From the human T2T-CHM13v2.0 reference genome, Homo sapiens: 64,000 bases of DNA. The notes beneath the pieces were generated by a model. It searched no databases. It saw only the letters and a list, made by a program, of their open reading frames with translations, and was not told where the DNA came from. The DNA lies in NCBI RefSeq assembly GCF_009914755.1, contig NC_060948.1; one strand, written 5' to 3'. A program made the position numbers and the translations under genes. Shown one piece after another: positions 40,901 through 55,900 of this stretch. Within the stretch, counting starts at the first letter, position 1. Every line of letters begins with the position of its first letter.

Positions 40901-43900
40901 CAATGGAATGGAATGGAATGGAATGCAATTGAATGGAATGGAATGGAATGGAATGGGATGGAATGGTATGTAATGGATAGTAATGGACTGGAGTGAAATG
41001 GACTGGAAAGGAATGGACTCAAATTGAAAGGGCTCGAAAGGAATGGAGTCAAATGGAATGGTCTGGAATGGAATGAACACGAATGTAATGCAATCCAATA
41101 GAATGGAATCGAATGGCATGGAATATAAAGAAATGGAATCGAAGAGAATGGAAACAAATGGAATGGAATTGAATGGAATGGAATTGAATGGAATGGGAAC
41201 GAATGGAGTGAAATTGTATGCAGTAGAAGAGAATAGAATGGAATGCAAGCGAAAGGAAGGGAATGGATTGGAATGGAATGGAATTCATTGGAATGGAAGG
41301 GAATGTAGTGTAATGGACAGGCCTGGAATAAAGTGGAATGCTATGGTCTCGAATGGAATAAAAATGTATGGAATGGAATGCAATGAAACGGAATCGAATG
41401 TCATAGAATGTAATGGAATGCAACAAAATGGAATCCAAAATCATTGACTGGAAAGGCTGGGTGTCGAAAGGAATTGACTCCAATGGAATGGAATCGAATG
41501 GAATGGAAGTGAATAGAATCGAACTAAATCGAATGGAATGGAATTGATAGGAACGGAATGGAAAGGAATGCAATGATTTGGCATGGAATGGAATCGAATG
41601 GCATCGAATGGAATGGAATGGAATGCAATGGAATGGAATGTATTAGAATGTAATGAACATTAATGGAATGTACTCGAATGGATTCGACTGGAATGGAATG
41701 TTCTGGAAGTGAATGGACTCCAATGGAATGGATTCGAAAGGAATGGAATCGAACGGAATGGAATCTAATGGAATGGAATTAAATGGAAATGAATCAAATT
41801 GAATAGCACGGAATTGAATTGAATGGAATCAAATGCAATGGAATCTAATGAAACGGAAAGGAAAGAATGGAATGGAATAGAATGGGCTGGAATGGAAAGG
41901 AATCGAAACGAATGGAATGGAATCGAACTGAAGAGACTGGAATGGAATGCACTGGAATGGAAGGGAGTGTAATGGAAGGTTCTCGACAAAAATGGAATCG
42001 AATGGAATGGAATTGATTGGAACGGAATAGAGTCGAATGGAATTGAATGGAATGGAATGGACTAGAGTGAAATGGAATCGAACCACAAGGAATGGACAGG
42101 AATAGAATGGTCTCGAATTGAATGGAATCGTATGGAATGGCATCAAACGGAATGGAATGGACAGCCACGGAATGGAATGCACTCGAATGCAATGGAGTCG
42201 AAACTAATGGACTGGAATAGAATGGACTCGACTGGTACGGACTCCAATGGAATGGAATCGAATGGAAGGGAATCGAACGGAATGGACTCGAAGGGAAAAG
42301 ACTGCAATGGAAAGGTCTCGAATGGAATGGAAATTAATGGGATGGAATGGAATCGAATGAAATGGAGTCAAAAGGAATGGAATCGAATGGCAAGAAATCG
42401 AATGTAATGGAATCGCAAGGAATTGATGTGAACGGAACGGAATGGAATGGAATCCAAAGGAATGGAATAGAATGGAATGGAATCGAATGGAAAGGACTCG
42501 AATGGAAATCACTCGAATAGAATGCAATTTAATAAAATAGGATCAAATGTAATAGAATGGAATGGAAAGGAATCGAAACGGAAGGAATGGAGACAGATGG
42601 AATGGAATGGAACAGAGAGCAATGGTATAGAATGGAATGGAATCATCTGGAATGGAATTGAATGGAATGGAATAATATGAAATGGAATGGAATGGAATGG
42701 AATGGAATGCCCTTGAATTAAATGGACTGGAATGGAATGGACTCGAACAGAGTGGAATGGAAAGTGTTGAGATAGAATGGAATGGACTCATTTGGAATGG
42801 TGTAGTATGCAATGCAATCGACTGGCAGGGAATCAAAAGGAATGTAATCGAATGGATTGGACTGGAATGCAATGGATTCGAATAGATTGCAAACGGAATG
42901 CAAAGGAATGGAATGGAATAGTATGGAATGGAATGGAAAGGAATGGAGTGGAATAGACTAGAGTGGAATGGAATGGACTGGAAAGCAATGGACTGGAATG
43001 GAACTTTCTTGAATGGACTGGAATCAAACGGAATGGAATGCAATGCAATCAAATGGCATGGAATAAAATAGAATGAAAGAGAATCAAATGGAATTGAATC
43101 GAATGGAATCGAATGGAATGGAATGGAATGGACTAGAATGGAATGGATTCGAATGGAAGGCAAAGGAATGGAATCTATTGGAATGGACTGTAATGGAATG
43201 GAATGGAAGGGATTGGAATGGACTCGAATGGAATTGACTGCAATAGAAAGGATTCGAATGGAATGAAAAAGAATTGAATGGAATAGAACAGAATGGAATC
43301 AAATCGAATGAAATGGAATGGAATAGAAAGGAATGGAATGAAATGGAATGGAAAGGATTCGAATGGAATGCAATCGAATGGAATGGAATCGAACGGAATG
43401 GAATAAAATGGAAGAAAACTGGCAAGAAATGGAATCGAAATGAATGGAGTGTTATGGAACGGACTCAAAAGGAATTGAATGTAATAGAATGGAGTGGAGT
43501 GGACTCGAATATAATGGACTGGAATGGAATGAAATCACATGGAATGGGAACGAGTGGAATGGAATGGAAAGGAATGGAATCGAATGGAAAGGAATCGAAT
43601 GGAAGGGAATGAAATTGAATCAACAGGAATGGAAGGGAATAGAATAGACGGTAATGGAATGGACTCGAATAGAATGGACACGAATGCTCAAATTGAATGG
43701 ACTCGAATGGAATGGAAACGAAAGGAATGTCATCGAATGGAATTGAATCGATTGGAATGAAATTGCATAGAATGGAGTGGAATCAAATGGAATTGAATCG
43801 AAAGGAAAGGAAGCGAATGGACTGAAATGAAATGGAATGGAATTGAATGGAAAGTAATGCAATGGAATAGAATGGAACGAAATTTCACGGAATGGAATCA

Positions 43901-46900
43901 AACTGAATGGAATCAAATCAATGGAATCCAATCAAATGGAATGGAGTAGATTGGATTGGATGGGATTGGAATGAAATGTACTGGAAAGGACTCGAATTTC
44001 ATGAAACGGAATGGAATGAATTGGAACGGAATGGACTCGAATGGAATGGAATGTCATAGAATGGTATCAAATGGAATGGCATCAAATGGAATGGAATCGA
44101 ATGCAATGGAATGCTACGGAATGGAATGGAATGCATTGGAATGGAATGTCCTCTAATGGAATGGATTCGAGTGGAATGGAATCGAATATAATGGAGTCGA
44201 ATGAAATGGAATTGAAAGGAATGGGATGGAATACAATGGAATATACTGGAATGTAATGTAATGAACTCGAATGTAATTGACTGGAATGGAATGTACATGA
44301 GTGGAATGTAATCGAATGGAAAGTAATCCAATGGAATAGAATCTAATGCAATAAAATCGACTCAGATAGAGTAGAATGTAATGGAATGGAGTGCAGTGCA
44401 ATGGAATGGAATGGAATGGAATGCAATGGAATGGAATGGAATGGAATGGAATGGAATGGAATGGGATGGAATGGTATGGAATGGATAGTAATGGACTGGA
44501 GTGAAATGGACTGGAAAGGAATGGACTCAAATTGAAAGGTCTCGAAAGGAATGGAGTCAAATGGAATGGTCTGGAATGGAATGAACACGAATGTAATGCA
44601 ATCCAATAGAATGGAATCGAATGGCATGGAATATAAAGAAATGGAATCGAAGAGAATGGAAACAAATGGAATGGAATTGAATGGAATGGAATTGAATGGA
44701 ATGTGAACGAATGTAGTGAAATTGTATGCAGTAGAAGAGAATAGAATGGAATGCAAGCGAAATGAAAGGAATGGATTGGAATGGAATGGAATTCATTGGA
44801 ATGGAAGGGAATGTAGTGTAATGGACAGGCCTGGAATAAAGTGGAATGCTACGGTCTCGAATGGAATAAAAATGTATGGAATGGAATGCAATGAAACGGA
44901 ATCGAATGTCATAGAATGTAATGGAATGCAAAAAAATGGAATCCAAAATCATTGAATGCAAAGGCTGGGTGTCGAAAGGAATTGACTCCAATGGAATGGA
45001 ATCGAATGGAATGGAAGTGAATAGAATCGAACTAAATCGAATGGAATGGAATTGATAGGAACGGAATGAAAAGGAATGCAATGATTTGGCATGAAATGGA
45101 ATCGAATGGCATCGAATGGAATGGAATGGAATGCAATGGAATGGAATGTATTAGAATGTAATGAACTTTAATGGAATGTACTCGAATGGATTCGACTGGA
45201 ATGGAATGTTCTGGAAGTGAATGGACTCCAATGGAATGGATTCAAAAGGAATGGAATCGTACGGAATGGAATCCAATGGAATGGAATTAAATGGAAATGA
45301 ATCAAATTGAATAGCACGGAATTGAATTGAATGGAATTGAATGCAATGGAATCTAATGAAACGGAAAGGAAAGGAATGGAATGGAATGGAATGGGCTGGA
45401 ATGGAAAGGAATCGAAACGAATGGAATGGAATCGAACTGAAGAGACTGGAATGGAATGCACTGGAATGGAAGGGAGTGTAATGGAAGGTTCTCGAAAAAA
45501 ATGGAATCGAATGAAATGCAATTGAATGGAACGGAATAGAGTCGAATGGAATTGAATGGAATGGAATGGACTAGAGTGAAATGGAATCGAACCACAAGGA
45601 ATGGACAGGAATAGAATGGTCTCGAATTGAATGGAATCGTATGGAATGGCATCAAACGGAATGGAATGGACAGCCACGGAATGGAATGCACTCGAATGCA
45701 ATGGAGTCGAAACTAATGGACTGGAATAGAATGGACTCGACTGGTACGGACTCCAATGGAATGGAATCGAATGGAAGGGAATCGAACGGAATGGACTCGA
45801 AGGGAAAAGACTGCAATGGAAAGGTCTCGAATGGAATGGAAATTAATGGAATGGAATGGAATCGAATGAAATGGAGTCGAAAGGAATGGAATCGAATGGC
45901 AAGAAATCGAATGTAATGGAATCGCAAGGAATTGATGTGAACGGAACGGAATGGAATGGAATCCAAAGGAATGGAATAGAATGGAATGGAATCGAATGGA
46001 AAGGACTCGAATGGAAATCACTCGAATAGAATACAATTTAATAAAATAGGATCAAATGTAATGGAATGGAATGGAAAGGAATCGAAACGAAAGGAATGGA
46101 GACAGATGGAATGGAATGGAACAGAGAGCAATGGTATAGAATGGAATGGAATCATCTGGAATGGAATTGAATGGAATGGAATAATATGAAATGGAATGCA
46201 ATGGAATGGAATGGAATGCCCTTGAATTAAATGGACTGGAATGGAATGGACTCGAACAGAGTGGAATGGAAAGTGTTGAGATAGAATGGAATGGACTCCT
46301 TTGGAATGGTGTAGTATGCAATGCAATCGACTGGCAGGGAATCAAAAGGAATGTAATCGAATGGATTGGACTGGAATGCAATGGACTCGAATAGATTGGA
46401 AACGGAATGCAAAGGAATGGAATGGAATAGTATGGAATGGAATGGAAAGGAATGGAGTGGAATAGACTAGAGTGGAATGGAATGGACTGGAAAGCAATGG
46501 ACTGGAATGGAACTTTCTTGAATGGACTGGAATCAAACGGAATGGAATGCAATGCAATCAAATGGCATGGAATAAAATAGAATGAAAGAGAATCAAATGG
46601 AATTGAATCGAATGGAATCGAATGGATTGGAAAGGAATAGAATGGAATGGAATGGAATTGACTCAAATGGAATGGACTAGAATGGAATGGATTCGAATGG
46701 AAGGCAAAGGAATGGAATATATTGGAATGGACTGTAATGGAATGGAATGGAAGGGATTGGAATGGACTCGAATGGAATGGACTGCAATAGAAAGGATTCG
46801 AATTGAATGAAAAAGATTTGAATGGAATAGAACAGAATGGAATCAAATCGAATGAAATGGAATGGAATAGAAAGGAATGGAATGAAATGGAATGGAAAGG

Positions 46901-49900
46901 ATTCGAATGGAATGCAATCGAATGGAATGGAATCGAACGGAATGGAATAAAATGGAAGAAAACTGGCAAGAAATGGAATCGAAATGAATGGAGTGTTATG
47001 GAACGGACTCAAAAGGAATTGAATGTAATAGAATGGAGTGGAGTGGACTCGAATATAATGGACTGGAATGGAATGAAATCACATGGAATGGGAACGAATG
47101 GAATGGAATGGAAAGGAATGGAATCGAATGGAAAGGAATCGAATGGAAGGGAATGAAATTGAATCAACAGGAATGGAAGGGAATAGAATAGACGGTAATG
47201 GAATGGACTCGAATAGAATGGACACGAATGCTCAAATTGAATGGACTCGAATGGAATGGAAAAGAAAGGAATGTCATCGAATGGAATTGAATCGATTGGA
47301 ATGAAATCACTTAGAATCGAGTGGAATCAAATGGAATTGAATCGAAAGGAAAGGAAGCGAATGGACTGAAATGAAATGGAATGGAATTGAATGGAAAGTA
47401 ATGCAATGGAATAGAATGGAACGAAATTTCACGGAATGGAATCAAACTGAATGGAATCAAATCAATGGAATCTAATCAAATGGAATGGAAAGGAATTGAA
47501 TGGAGTAGATTGGATTGGATGGGATTGGAATGAAATGTACTGGAAAGGACTCGAATTTCATGAAACGGAATGGAATGAATTGGAACGGAATGGACTCGAA
47601 TGGAATGGAATGTCATGGAATGGCATCAAATGGAATGGCATCAAATGGAATGGAATCGAATGCAATGGAATGTTATGGAATGGAATGGAATGCATTGGAA
47701 TGGAATGTCCTCTAATGGAATGGATTCGAGTGGAATGGAATCGAATATAATGGAGTCGAATGAAATGGAATTGAAAGGAATGGGATCGAATACAATAGAA
47801 TATACTGGAATGTAATGTAATGAACTCGAATGTAATTGACTGGAATGGAATGTACATGAATGGAATGTAATCGAATGGAAAGTAATCCAATGGAATAGAA
47901 TCTAATGCAATAAAACCGACTCAGATAGAGTAGAATGTAATGGAATGGAGTGCAGTGCAATGGTATGGAATGGAATTGAATGCAATGGAATGGAATGGAA
48001 TGGAATGGAATGGAATGGAATGGAATGGAATGGGATGGAATGGTATGGAATGGATAGTAATGGACTGGAGTGAAATGGACTGGAAAGGAATGGACTCAAA
48101 TTGAAAGGGCTCGAAAGGAATGGAGTCAAATGGAATGGTCTGGAATGGAATGAACACGAATGTAATGCAACCCAATAGAATGGAATCGAATGGCATGGAA
48201 TATAAAGAAATGGAATCGAAGAGAATGGAAACAAATGGAATGGAATTGAATGGAATGGAATTGAATGGAATGGGAACGAATGGAGTGAAATTGTATGCAG
48301 TAGAAGAGAATAGAATGGAATGCAAGCGAAAGGAAAGGAATGGATTGGAATGGAATGGAATTCATTGGAATGGAAGGGAATGTAGTGTAATGGACAGGCC
48401 TGGAATAAAGTGGAATGCTACGGTCTCGAATGGAATAAAAATGTATGGAATGGAATGCAATGAAACGGAATCGAATGTCATAGAATGTAATGGAATGCAA
48501 AAAAATGGAATCCAAAATCATTGACTGGAAAGGCTTGGTGTCGAAAGGAATTGACTCCAATGGAATGGAATCGAATGGAATGGAAGTGAATAGAATCGAA
48601 CTAAATCGAATGGAATGGAATTGATAGGAACGGAATGGAAAGGAATGCAATGATTTGGCATGGAATGGAATCGAATGGCATCGAATGGAATGGAATGGAA
48701 TGCAATGGAATGGAATGTATTAGAATGTAATGAACTTTAATGGAATGTACTCGAATGGATTCGACTGGAATGGAATGTTCTGGAAGTGAATGGACTCCAA
48801 TGGAATGGATTCAAAAGGAATGGAATCGTACGGAATGGAATCTAATGGAATGGAATTAAATGGAAATGAATCAAATTGAATAGCACGGAATTGAATTGAA
48901 TGGAATGGAATGCAATGGAATCTAATGAAACGGAAAGGAAAGGAATGGAATGGAATGGAATGGGCTGGAATGGAAAGGAATCGAAACGAATGGAATGGAA
49001 TCGAACTGAAGAGACTGGAATGGAATGCACTGGAATGGAAGGGAGTGTAATGGAAGGTTCTCGAAAAAAATGGAATCGAATGGAATGGAATTGAATGGAA
49101 CGGAATAGAGTCGAATGGAATTGAATGGAATGGAATGGACTAGAGTGAAATGGAATCGAACCACAAGGAATGGACAGGAATAGAATGGTCTCGAATTGAA
49201 TGGGATCGTATGGAATGGCATCAAACGGAATGGAATGGACAGCCACGGAATGGAATGCACTCGAATGCAATGGAGTCGAAACTAATGGACTGGAATAGAA
49301 TGGACTCGACTGGTACGGACTCCAATGGAATGGAATCGAATGGAAGGGAATCGAACGGAATGGACTCGAAGGGAAAAGACTGCAATGGAAAGGTCTCGAA
49401 TGGAATGGAAATTAATGGAATGGAATGGAATCGAATGAAATGGAGTCAAAAGGAATGGAATCGAATGGCAAGAAATCGAATGTAATGGAATCGCAAGGAA
49501 TTGATGTGAACGGAACGGAATGGAATGGAATCCAAAGGAATGGAATAGAATGGAATGGAATCGAATGGAAAGGACTCGAATGGAAATCACTCGAATAGAA
49601 TGCAATTTAATAAAATAGGATCAAATGTAATGGAATGGAATGGAAAGGAATCGAAACGAAAGGAATGGAGACAGATGGAATGGAATGGAACAGAGAGCAA
49701 TGGTATAGAATGGAATGGAATCATCTGGAATGGAATTGAATGGAATGGAATAATATGAAATGGAATGGAATGGAATGGAATGGAATGCCCTTGAATTAAA
49801 TGGACTGGACTCGAACAGAGTGGAATGGAAAGTGTTGAGATAGAATGGAATGGACTCCTTTGGAATGGTGTAGTATGCAATGCAATCGACTGGCATGGAA

Positions 49901-52900
49901 TCAAAAGGAATGTAATCGAATGGATTGGACTGGAATGCAATGGACTCGAATAGATTGGAAACGGAATGCAAAGGAATGGAATGGAATAGTATGGAATGGA
50001 ATGGAAAGGAATGGAGTGGAATAGACTAGAGTGGAATGGAATGGACTGGAAAGCAATGGACTGGAATGGAACTTTCTTGAATGGACTGGAATCAAACGGA
50101 ATGGAATGCAATGCAATCAAATGGCATGGAATAAAATAGAATGAAAGAGAATCAAATGGAATTGAATCGAATGGAATCGAATGGATTGGAAAGGAATAGA
50201 ATGGAATGGAATGGAATTGACTCAAATGGAATGGACTAGAATGGAATGGATTCGAATGGAAGGCAAAGGAATGGAATCTATTGGAATGGACTGTAATGGA
50301 ATGGAATGGAAGGGATTGGAATGGACTCGAATGGAATGGACTGCAATAGAAAGGATTCGAATGGAATGAAAAAGAATTGAATGGAATAGAACAGAATGGA
50401 ATCAAATCGAATGAAATGGAATGGAATAGAAAGGAATGGAATGAAATGGAATGGAAAGGATTCGAATGGAATGCAATCGAATGGAATGGAATAAAATGGA
50501 AGAAAACAGGCAAGAAATGGAATCGAAAGGAATGGAGTGTTATGGAACGGACTCAAAAGGAATTGAATGTAATAGAATGGAGTGGAGTGGACTCGAATAT
50601 AATGGACTGGAATGGAATGAAATCACATGGAATGGGAACGAATGGAATGGAATGGAAAGGAATGGAATCGAATGGAAAGGAATCGAATGGAAGGGAATGA
50701 AATTGAATCAACAGGAATGGAAGGGAATAGAATAGACGGTAATGGAATGGACTCGAATAGAATGGACACGAATGCTCAAATTGAATGGACTCGAATGGAA
50801 TGGAAACGAAAGGAATGTCATCGAATGGAATTGAATCGATTGGAATGAAATCGCATAGAATGGAGTGGAATCAAATGGAATTGAATCGAAAGGAAAGGAA
50901 GCGAATGGACTGAAATGAAATGGAATGGAATTGAATGGAAAGTAATGCAATGGAATAGAATGGAACGAAATTTCACGGAATGGAATCAAACTGAATGGAA
51001 TCAAATCAATGGAATATAATCAAATGGAATGGAAAGGAATTGAATGGAGTAGATTGGATTGGATGGGATTGGAATGAAATGTACTGGAAAGGACTCGAAT
51101 TTCATGAAACGGAATGGAATGAATTGGAACGGAATGGACTCGAATGGAATGGAATGTCATGGAATGGCATCAAATGGAATGGCATCAAATGGAATGGAAT
51201 CGAATGCAATGGAATGCTATGGAATGGAATGGAATGCATTGGAATGGAATGTCCTCTAATGGAATGGATTCGAGTGGAATGGAATCGAATATAATGGAGT
51301 CGAATGAAATGGAATTGAAAGGAATGGGATCGAATACAATGGAATATACTGGAATGTAATGTAATGAACTCGAATGTAATTGACTGGAATGGAATGTACA
51401 TGAATGGAATGTAATCGAATGGAAAGTAATCCAATGGAATAGAATCTAATGCAATAAAATCGACTCAGATAGAGTAGAATGTAATGGAATGGAGTGCAGT
51501 GCAATGGAATGGAATGGAATGGAATGCAATGTAATGGAATGGAATGGAATGGAATGGAATGGGATGGAATGGTATGGAATGGACAGTAATGGACTGGAGT
51601 GAAATGGACTGGAAAGGAATGGACTCAAATTGAAAGGGCTCGAAAGGAATAGAGACAAATGGAATGGTCTGGAATGGAATGAACACGAATGTAATGCAAT
51701 CCAATAGAATGGAGTCGAATGGCATGGAATATAAAGAAATGGAATCGAAGAGAATGGAAACAAATGGAATGGAATTGAATGGAATGGAATTGAATGGAAT
51801 GGGAACGAATGGAGTGAAATTTTATGCAGTAGAAGAGAATAGAATGGAATGCAAGAGAAACGAAAGGAATGGATTGGAATGGAATGGAATTCATTGGAAT
51901 GGAATGGAATGTAGTGTAATGGACAGGCCTGGAATAAAGTGGAATGCTACGGTCTCGAATGGAATAAAAATGTATGGAATGGAATGCAATGAAACGGAAT
52001 CGAATGTCATAGAATGTAATGGAATGCAAAAAAATGGAATCCAAAATCATTGACTGGAAAGGCTGGGTGTCAAAAGGAATTGACTCCAATGGAATGGAAT
52101 CGAATGGAATGGAAGTGAATAGAATCGAACTAAATCGAATGGAATGGAATTGATAGGAACGGAATGGAAAGGAATGCAATGATTTGGCATGGAATGGAAT
52201 CGAATGGCATCGAATGGAATGGAATGGAATGCAATGGAATGGAATGTATTAGAATGAAATGAACTTTAATGGAATGTACTCGAATGGATTCGACTGGAAT
52301 GGAATGTTCTGGAAGTGAATGGACTCCAATGGAATGGATTCAAAAGGAATGGAATCGGACGGAATGGAATCTAATGGAATGGAATTAAATGGAAATGAAT
52401 CAAATTGAATAGCACGGAATTGAATTGAATGGAATGGAATGCAATGGAATCTAATGAAACGGAAAGGAAAGGAATGGAATGGAATGGAATGGGCTGGAAT
52501 GGAAAGGAATCGAAACGAATGGAATGGAATCGAACTGAAGAGACTGGAATGGAATGCACTGGAATGGAAGGGAGTGTAATGGAAGGTTCTCGAAAAAAAT
52601 GGAATCGAATGGAATGGAATTGAATGGAACGGAATAGAGTCGAATGGAATTGAATGGAATGGAATGGACTAGAGTGAAATGGAATCGAACCACAAGGAAT
52701 GGACAGGAATAGAATGGTCTCGAATTGAATGGAATCGTATGGAATGGCATCAAACGGAATGGAATGGACAGCCACGGAATGGAATGCACTCGAATGCAAT
52801 GGAGTCGAAACTAATGGACTGGAATAGAATGGACTCGACTGGTACGGACTCCAATGGAATGGAATCGAATGGAAGGGAATCGAACGGAAGGGAATCGAAC

Positions 52901-55900
52901 GGAATGGACTCGAAGGGAAAAGACTGCAATGGAAAGGTCTCGAATGGAATGGAAATTAATGGAATGGAATGGAATCGAATGAAATGGAGTCAAAAGGAAT
53001 GGAATCGAATGGCAAGAAATCGAATGTAATGGAATCGCAAGGAATTGATGTGAACGGAACGGAATGGAATGGAATCCAAAGGAATGGAATAGAATGGAAT
53101 GGAATCGAATGGAAAGGACTCCAATGGAAATCACTCGAATAGAATGCAATTTAATAAAATAGGATCAAATGTAATGGAATGGAATGGAAAGGAATCGAAA
53201 CGAAAGGAATGGAGACAGATGGAATGGAATGGAACAGAGAGCAATGGTATAGAATGGAATGGAATCATCTGGAATGGAATTGAATGGAATGGAATAATAT
53301 GAAATGGAATGGAATGGAATGGAATGGAATGCCCTTGAATTAAATGGACTGGAATGGAATGGACTCAAACAGAGTGGAATGGAAAGTGTTGAGATAGAAT
53401 GGAATGAACTTCTTTGGAATGGTCTAGTAGGCAATGCAATCGACTGGCAGGGAATCAAAAGGAATGTAATCGAATAGATTGGACTGGAATGCAATGGACT
53501 CGAATAGATTGGAAACGGAATGCAAAGGAATGGAATGGAATAGTATGGAATGGAATGGAAAGGAATGGAGTGGAATAGACTAGAGTGGAATGGAATGGAC
53601 TGGAAAGCAATGGACTGGAATGGAACTTTCTTGAATGGACTGGAATCAAACGGAATGGAATGCAATGCAATCAAATGGCATGGAATAAAATAGAATGAAA
53701 GAGAATCAAATGGAATTGAATCGAATGGAATCGAATGGATTGGAAAGGAATAGAATGGAATGGAATGGAATGGACTCAAATGGAATGGACTAGAATGGAA
53801 TGGATTCGAATGGAAGGCAAAGGAATGGAATCTATTGGAATGGACTGTAATGGAATGGAATGGAAGGGATTGGAATGGACTCGAATGGAATGGACTGCAA
53901 TAGAAAGGATTCGAATGGAATGAAAAAGAATTGAATGGAATAGAACAGAATGGAATCTAATCGAATGAAATGGAATGGAATAGAAAGGAATGGAATGAAA
54001 TGGAATGAAAAGGATTCGAATGGAATGCAATCGAATGGAATGGAATCGAACGGAATGGAATAAAATGGAAGAAAACTGGCAAGAAATGGAATCGAAATGA
54101 ATGGAGTGTTATGGAACAGACTCAAAAGGAATTGAATGTAATAGAATGGAGTGGAGTGGACTCGAATATAATGGACTGGAATGGAATGAAATCACATGGA
54201 ATGGGAACGAATGGAATGGAATGGAAAGGAATGGAATCGAATGGAAAGGAATCGAATGGAAGGGAATGAAATTGAATCAACAGGAATGGAAGGGAATAGA
54301 ATAGACGGTAATGGAATGGACTCGAATAGAATGGACACGAATGCTCAAATTGAATGGACTCGAATGGAATGGAAACGAAAGGAATGTCATCGAATGGAAT
54401 TGAATCGATTGGAATGAAATCGCATAGAATGGAGTGGAATCAAATGGAATTGAATCGAAAGGAAAGGAAGCGAATGGACTGAAATGAAATGGAATGGAAT
54501 TGAATGGAAAGTAATGCAATGGAATAGAATGGAACGAAATTTCACGGAATGGAATCAAACTGAATGGAATCAAATCAATGGAATCAAATCAAATGGAATG
54601 GAAAGGAATTGAATGGAGTAGATTGGATTGGATGGGATTGGAATGAAATGTACTGGAAAGGACTCGAATTTCATGAAACGGAATGGAATGAATTGGAACG
54701 GAATGGACTCGAATGGAATGGAATGTCATGGGATGGCATCAAATGGAATGGCATCAAATGGAATGGAATCGAATGCAATGGAATGCTATGGAATGGAATG
54801 GAATGCATTGGAATGGAATGTCGTCTAATGGAATGGATTCGAGTGGAATGGAATCGAATATAATGGAGTCGAATGAAATGGAATTGAAAGGAATGGGATC
54901 GAATACAATGGAATATACTGGAATGTAATGTAATGAACTCGAATGTAATTGACTGGAATGGAATGTAATCGAATGGAAAGTAATCCAATGGAATAGAATC
55001 TAATGCAATAAAATCGACTCAGATAGAGTAGAATGTAATGGAATGGAGTGCAGTGCAATGGAATGGAATGGAATGGAATGCAATGGAATGGAATGGAATG
55101 GAATGGAATGGAATGGAATGGAATGGAATGGAATGGGATGGAATGGTATGGAATGGATAGTAATGGACTGGAATGAAATGGACTGGAAAAGAATGGACTC
55201 AAATTGAAAGGGCTCGAAAGGAATGGAGTCAAATGGAATTGTCTGGAATGGAATGAACACGAATGTAATGCAATCCAATAGAATGGAATCGAATGGCATG
55301 GAATATAAAGAAATGGAATCGAAGAGAATGGAAACAAATGGAATGGAATTGAATGGAATGGAATTGAATGGAATGGGAACGAATGGAGTGAAATTGTATG
55401 CAGTAGAAGAGAATAGAATGGAATGCAAGCGAAAGGAAAGGAATGGATTGCAATGGAATGGAATTCATTGGAATGGAAGGGAATGTAGTGTAATGGACAG
55501 GCCTGGAATAAAGTGGAATGCTACGGTCTCGAATGGAATAAAAATGTATGGAATGGAATGCAATGAAACGGAATCGAATGTCATCGAATGTAATGGAATG
55601 CAAAAAAATGGACTCCAAAATCATTGACTGGAAAGGCTGGGGGTCGAAAGGAATTGACTGCAATGGAATGGAATCGAATGGAATGGAAGTGAATAGAATC
55701 GAACTAAATCGAATGGAATGGAATTGATAGGAACGGAATGGAAAGGAATGCAATGATTTGGCATGGAATGGAATCGAATGGCATCAAATGTAATGGAATG
55801 GAATGCAATGGAATGGAATGTATTAGAATGTAATGAACATTAATGGAATGTACTCGAATGGATTCGACTGGAATGGAATGTTCTGGAAGTGAATGGACTC

